Shown here piece by piece: positions 61,226 to 64,000 of a stretch of 64,000 nt of DNA; the stretch's first letter is position 1; each line of letters begins with the position of its first letter. The stretch is taken from contig CBDIIB010000005.1 of NCBI GenBank assembly GCA_965279525.1, positions 1,536,001 through 1,600,000 on the forward strand. Reading direction: 5' to 3'. Source of the stretch: Tagaea sp. Lineage in GTDB: Bacteria > Pseudomonadota > Alphaproteobacteria > CACIAM-22H2. The notes beneath the pieces were generated by a model. The model searched no databases, was not told the origin of the DNA, and worked only from the letters and a program-made list of their open reading frames with translations. The position numbers and the translations under genes are program-made.

Positions 61226-62212
61226 ATGACCATTTCACGCCGCCAGCTGCTCGCCGGAGCCGCCGCCGTCCCGCTGGTTCCCGCCCTTGCCCGCGCACAG
61301 GGCCGCGACCCGAGCTGGCCCGCCAACGTCACGCTCGGCACCGCGTCGGTCGGCGGCACCTATTTCGTCTACGGGCAGGCATGGGCCAGCCTCGTGGGCG
61401 AGAAGATCGGCCTCAACATCAACACCCAGCAGACGCAGGGCCCCAACCAGAACCTGCTGCTCGTCCAGGGCAAGCAGATCGAGCTTGGCATGGTCACGAT
61501 GGGTGTGGCGCTGCAGGCCTGGAACGGCCAGGGCGAATGGACCAAGGGCCAGCAGATGCGCGACGTGCGCGCCCTGTTCCCGATGTACGACACGCCGTTC
61601 CATTTCGTGGCACTGCGCCGTTCGGGCATCACGAGCGTGGCCCAGCTCGCGGGCAAGCGCGTCGGCGTCGGCCCGCGCGCCGGTACGCCGGGCACGTATT
61701 TCCCGCTGATGTTCCAGGCACTCGGCATTCAGAACGTGACCGTCCGCAACGGCCAGGCCGCCGACATGGGTTCGCAGCTCGGCGACGGGCTCATCGACTG
61801 CTTCGCCTTCGCCGCCGGCCTGCCGATCCCGAACTTCTCGGAACTGTCGGCAAGCCAGGACGTCGTCTTCTTCGGCTACACGCCGGCCGAAGTCGCCAAG
61901 CTCACCCAGGCGATGCCGGAACTTTCGCCGGCCTCGATCCCGGCCGGAACCTACAAGCAGATGGCGCAGGCCGACGCCACGGTGGGCCTGTTCAACTTCG
62001 CCATCGCGCACCGCACGGTTCCCGACTCGCTCGCCTACGCGATCGTCAAGGCTGTGCACGAGAACCACGACGCGATGGTCAAGGGACATGCGGCGGCCAA
62101 GGAAACGGTGCCGGCGAATCTCGGCAAGAACACGTTCCTGCCGTTCCATCCGGGTGCCGCGAAGTACTATCGCGAGAAGGGCCACACCATCGCGGCCAAT
62201 CTCGTCGGATGA
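61226..62212 (+). CDS. TAXI family TRAP transporter solute-binding protein
   Basis: Tat signal SRRQLL; TASVGGTYF, LAGKRVGVG and PFHPGAAKYY motifs. Confidence 0.92.
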   Translation: MTISRRQLLAGAAAVPLVPALARAQGRDPSWPANVTLGTASVGGTYFVYGQAWASLVGEKIGLNINTQQTQGPNQNLLLVQGKQIELGMVTMGVALQAWNGQGEWTKGQQMRDVRALFPMYDTPFHFVALRRSGITSVAQLAGKRVGVGPRAGTPGTYFPLMFQALGIQNVTVRNGQAADMGSQLGDGLIDCFAFAAGLPIPNFSELSASQDVVFFGYTPAEVAKLTQAMPELSPASIPAGTYKQMAQADATVGLFNFAIAHRTVPDSLAYAIVKAVHENHDAMVKGHAAAKETVPANLGKNTFLPFHPGAAKYYREKGHTIAANLVG

Positions 62213-62223
62213 CATGAGGCGCT

Positions 62224-62248
62224 GCCGGGCTCCGGAGGGGAGCCCGGC
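62224..62248. repeat. Intergenic stem-loop after the TAXI SBP gene
   Basis: GCCGGGCTCC-GGAGG-GGAGCCCGGC, a perfect 10-bp stem. Confidence 0.7.
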
Positions 62249-62281
62249 CGGCGCACCGAACAGGAACGGACAAGAAAACGG

Positions 62282-64000
62282 ATGAAGAAAATCGACGCGC
62301 CTGGCGCCGTCGCGGCAGGCGATGTCGCGATCGAGACGCCGGAGGAGGAATTTTCCGGTCTCAAGCGCGCGCTGACGGGCGTCGAGGCGCAGCTGATCTT
62401 CGCGATCGGCGTGATTTTCACGGCCTATCACATCGTGGCGCTGAATTTCCTGCCTCAGGAAGCGCTGCTGTTCCGCGTGACGCATGTCGCGATGGGCTCG
62501 ATCCTCGGTTTCGCGCTCTACCGGCCATTCAAGGATTCCAGCGCCGATCGCATCCCCTGGTACGACTGGATGCTGATAGCGCTGTCGGTCGGGTGCGCCG
62601 TCTACATGTACTGGGAGCTCGACGGCCTGCTCTTCCGGGCCGGCGCCATTCCTGATCCGCTCGACATATGGAGCGGATTGATCGGCACGCTGCTCGTGCT
62701 CGAGTTCGCGCGTCGCACGGCGGGGCTCGCCCTGCCGATCATCTCGGGCATCTTCATCCTCTACGTCTTCGTCGGGCCGTGGCTGCCGGGCGTGCTCTAC
62801 CATCGTGGCTTCGAGTGGCAGCGTTTCTTCGCCTACATCTACTCGGACCTCGGCATCTTCGGCACGACGACCGAGGCGTCGTCGAACTTCATCGTGCTGT
62901 TCGTCGCCTTCGGCGCGTTCCTGCAGGTCTCGAAAGTCGGCGACTATTTCAACGACCTGTCGCTGTCGCTTTTCGGCGGCCTGCGCGGCGGTCCGGCCAA
63001 GGCGACGGTCGCGTCCGGCGTGCTGTTCGGCACGATCTCGGGCTCTTCCGTCGCCAATGTCGTGGCGTCCGGTTCCGTGACGATCCCGATGATGCGCCGC
63101 GTGGGCTACGATCGCGTGACGGCGGGTGCCGTCGAGGCGACGTCGTCGACCGGCGGCCAGATCACGCCGCCCGTGCTGGGGGCCGGCGCCTTCCTGATGG
63201 CCGAGATCACCGGCATTCCCTATTCCGACATCGCCTATGCGGCGATCATCCCGTGCGTGCTGTTCTACATCGCCTGCTACGCGCACGTGGAGTTGCACGC
63301 GCGCATCCACAAGCTCGATGGCCTGCCGCGCTCCGAGCTTCCCGGCCTGCCGGGCCTGATCCGCAAGTGCTACCTGTTCACGCCCGTCATCATCATGGTG
63401 TGGCTGCTCGTCGAGGGCTATTCGGCGTTCCGCGCCGGGTCGCTCGCGATCCTTGCCGCGATCGTGGTGAGCTGGCTCGACCGCGAGCATGCGGTCGGCC
63501 CGCGCCGCGCGATGCGCGCGCTCGAACAGGGTGCGCGCGACTCCCTGCAGCTTGTCGCGGTGTGCGCGGCCGCCGGCATCATCGTGGGCGTCATCGCGCT
63601 GACCGGGATCGGCGGACGTTTCGCGCAGCTGCTGCTGCAGTTCGCCGGCGACAACGTGCTTTTCGCCATGATCTTCGCGATGGTCGTGGCGCTGGTACTC
63701 GGCATGGGCATGCCGACGACGGCGGCCTATGCGATCGCCGCTGCGGTCATCGCGCCGGGCCTCCAGCGGCTCGGCGTGCCGCCGCTGATCGCGCACATGT
63801 TCATCTTCTATTATGCCGTCGTGTCGGCGATCACGCCGCCGGTGGCACTCGCCTCGTTTGCTGCCGCCGCGATCGCGCAGGCCGACCCGTGGAAGACCGC
63901 GTTCGTGTCGGTCAAGATGGGCCTTGCGGTTTTCATCGTGCCATTCATGTTTTTCTATTCGCCGCTGCTGCTCGGCCAGGGCACGGCCGCGGAAATCGCA
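62282..64000 (+). CDS. TRAP transporter fused 4TM/12TM permease (partial, runs off the window end)
   Basis: Manual reading from ATG 62282 gives RGGPAK, GTISGSSVANV, STGGQITPPVLGAGAFLMAE, GMGMPTTAAY and ITPPVALA; follows the TAXI SBP. Confidence 0.9.
   Translation, partial: MKKIDAPGAVAAGDVAIETPEEEFSGLKRALTGVEAQLIFAIGVIFTAYHIVALNFLPQEALLFRVTHVAMGSILGFALYRPFKDSSADRIPWYDWMLIALSVGCAVYMYWELDGLLFRAGAIPDPLDIWSGLIGTLLVLEFARRTAGLALPIISGIFILYVFVGPWLPGVLYHRGFEWQRFFAYIYSDLGIFGTTTEASSNFIVLFVAFGAFLQVSKVGDYFNDLSLSLFGGLRGGPAKATVASGVLFGTISGSSVANVVASGSVTIPMMRRVGYDRVTAGAVEATSSTGGQITPPVLGAGAFLMAEITGIPYSDIAYAAIIPCVLFYIACYAHVELHARIHKLDGLPRSELPGLPGLIRKCYLFTPVIIMVWLLVEGYSAFRAGSLAILAAIVVSWLDREHAVGPRRAMRALEQGARDSLQLVAVCAAAGIIVGVIALTGIGGRFAQLLLQFAGDNVLFAMIFAMVVALVLGMGMPTTAAYAIAAAVIAPGLQRLGVPPLIAHMFIFYYAVVSAITPPVALASFAAAAIAQADPWKTAFVSVKMGLAVFIVPFMFFYSPLLLGQGTAAEIA

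Noticed and set aside
61235-63796. 853-aa minus-strand ORF
   Set aside because: Antisense shadow of the TAXI SBP and TRAP permease, which are the real genes on the plus strand.

Overview
This is a high-GC, gene-dense chromosomal window from an alphaproteobacterium, probably Rhodospirillales-like. The assignment rests on gcrA, the mgpS-S4-fdxA-carD block, rpoH and a PleC/DivJ-type kinase. About 60 CDS can be supported: a LIV-type ABC/acyl-CoA ligase operon, acnA, kynU, htpG, two sigma factors, two corA paralogues, mmsA, an alternative oxidase, a putative nucleobase-catabolism cluster with two sigma54 promoters, crcB, paaX-paaABCDE, a five-gene secreted TPR/lectin cluster, a sugar ABC system, an OGT/SPINDLY-like glycosyltransferase and a TAXI-TRAP transporter. 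I saw no rRNA, tRNA, CRISPR array, integrase or transposase. The observations most worth follow-up are: (1) a gcrA promoter packed with NrdR-like boxes, DnaA boxes and GANTC sites; (2) an anti-sigma factor with a tandem-duplicated sigma-binding domain; (3) a P460-family cytochrome with Met at the Lys cross-link position, paired with an amicyanin-like lipoprotein near the alternative oxidase; (4) a YqeB-like selenium/molybdenum-hydroxylase accessory gene following an ABC permease; (5) a catalytically degenerate PPP-type phosphatase upstream of rpoH; (6) the uncharacterised secreted TPR/lectin cluster. All family calls come from motif recognition by eye; no database searches were run.
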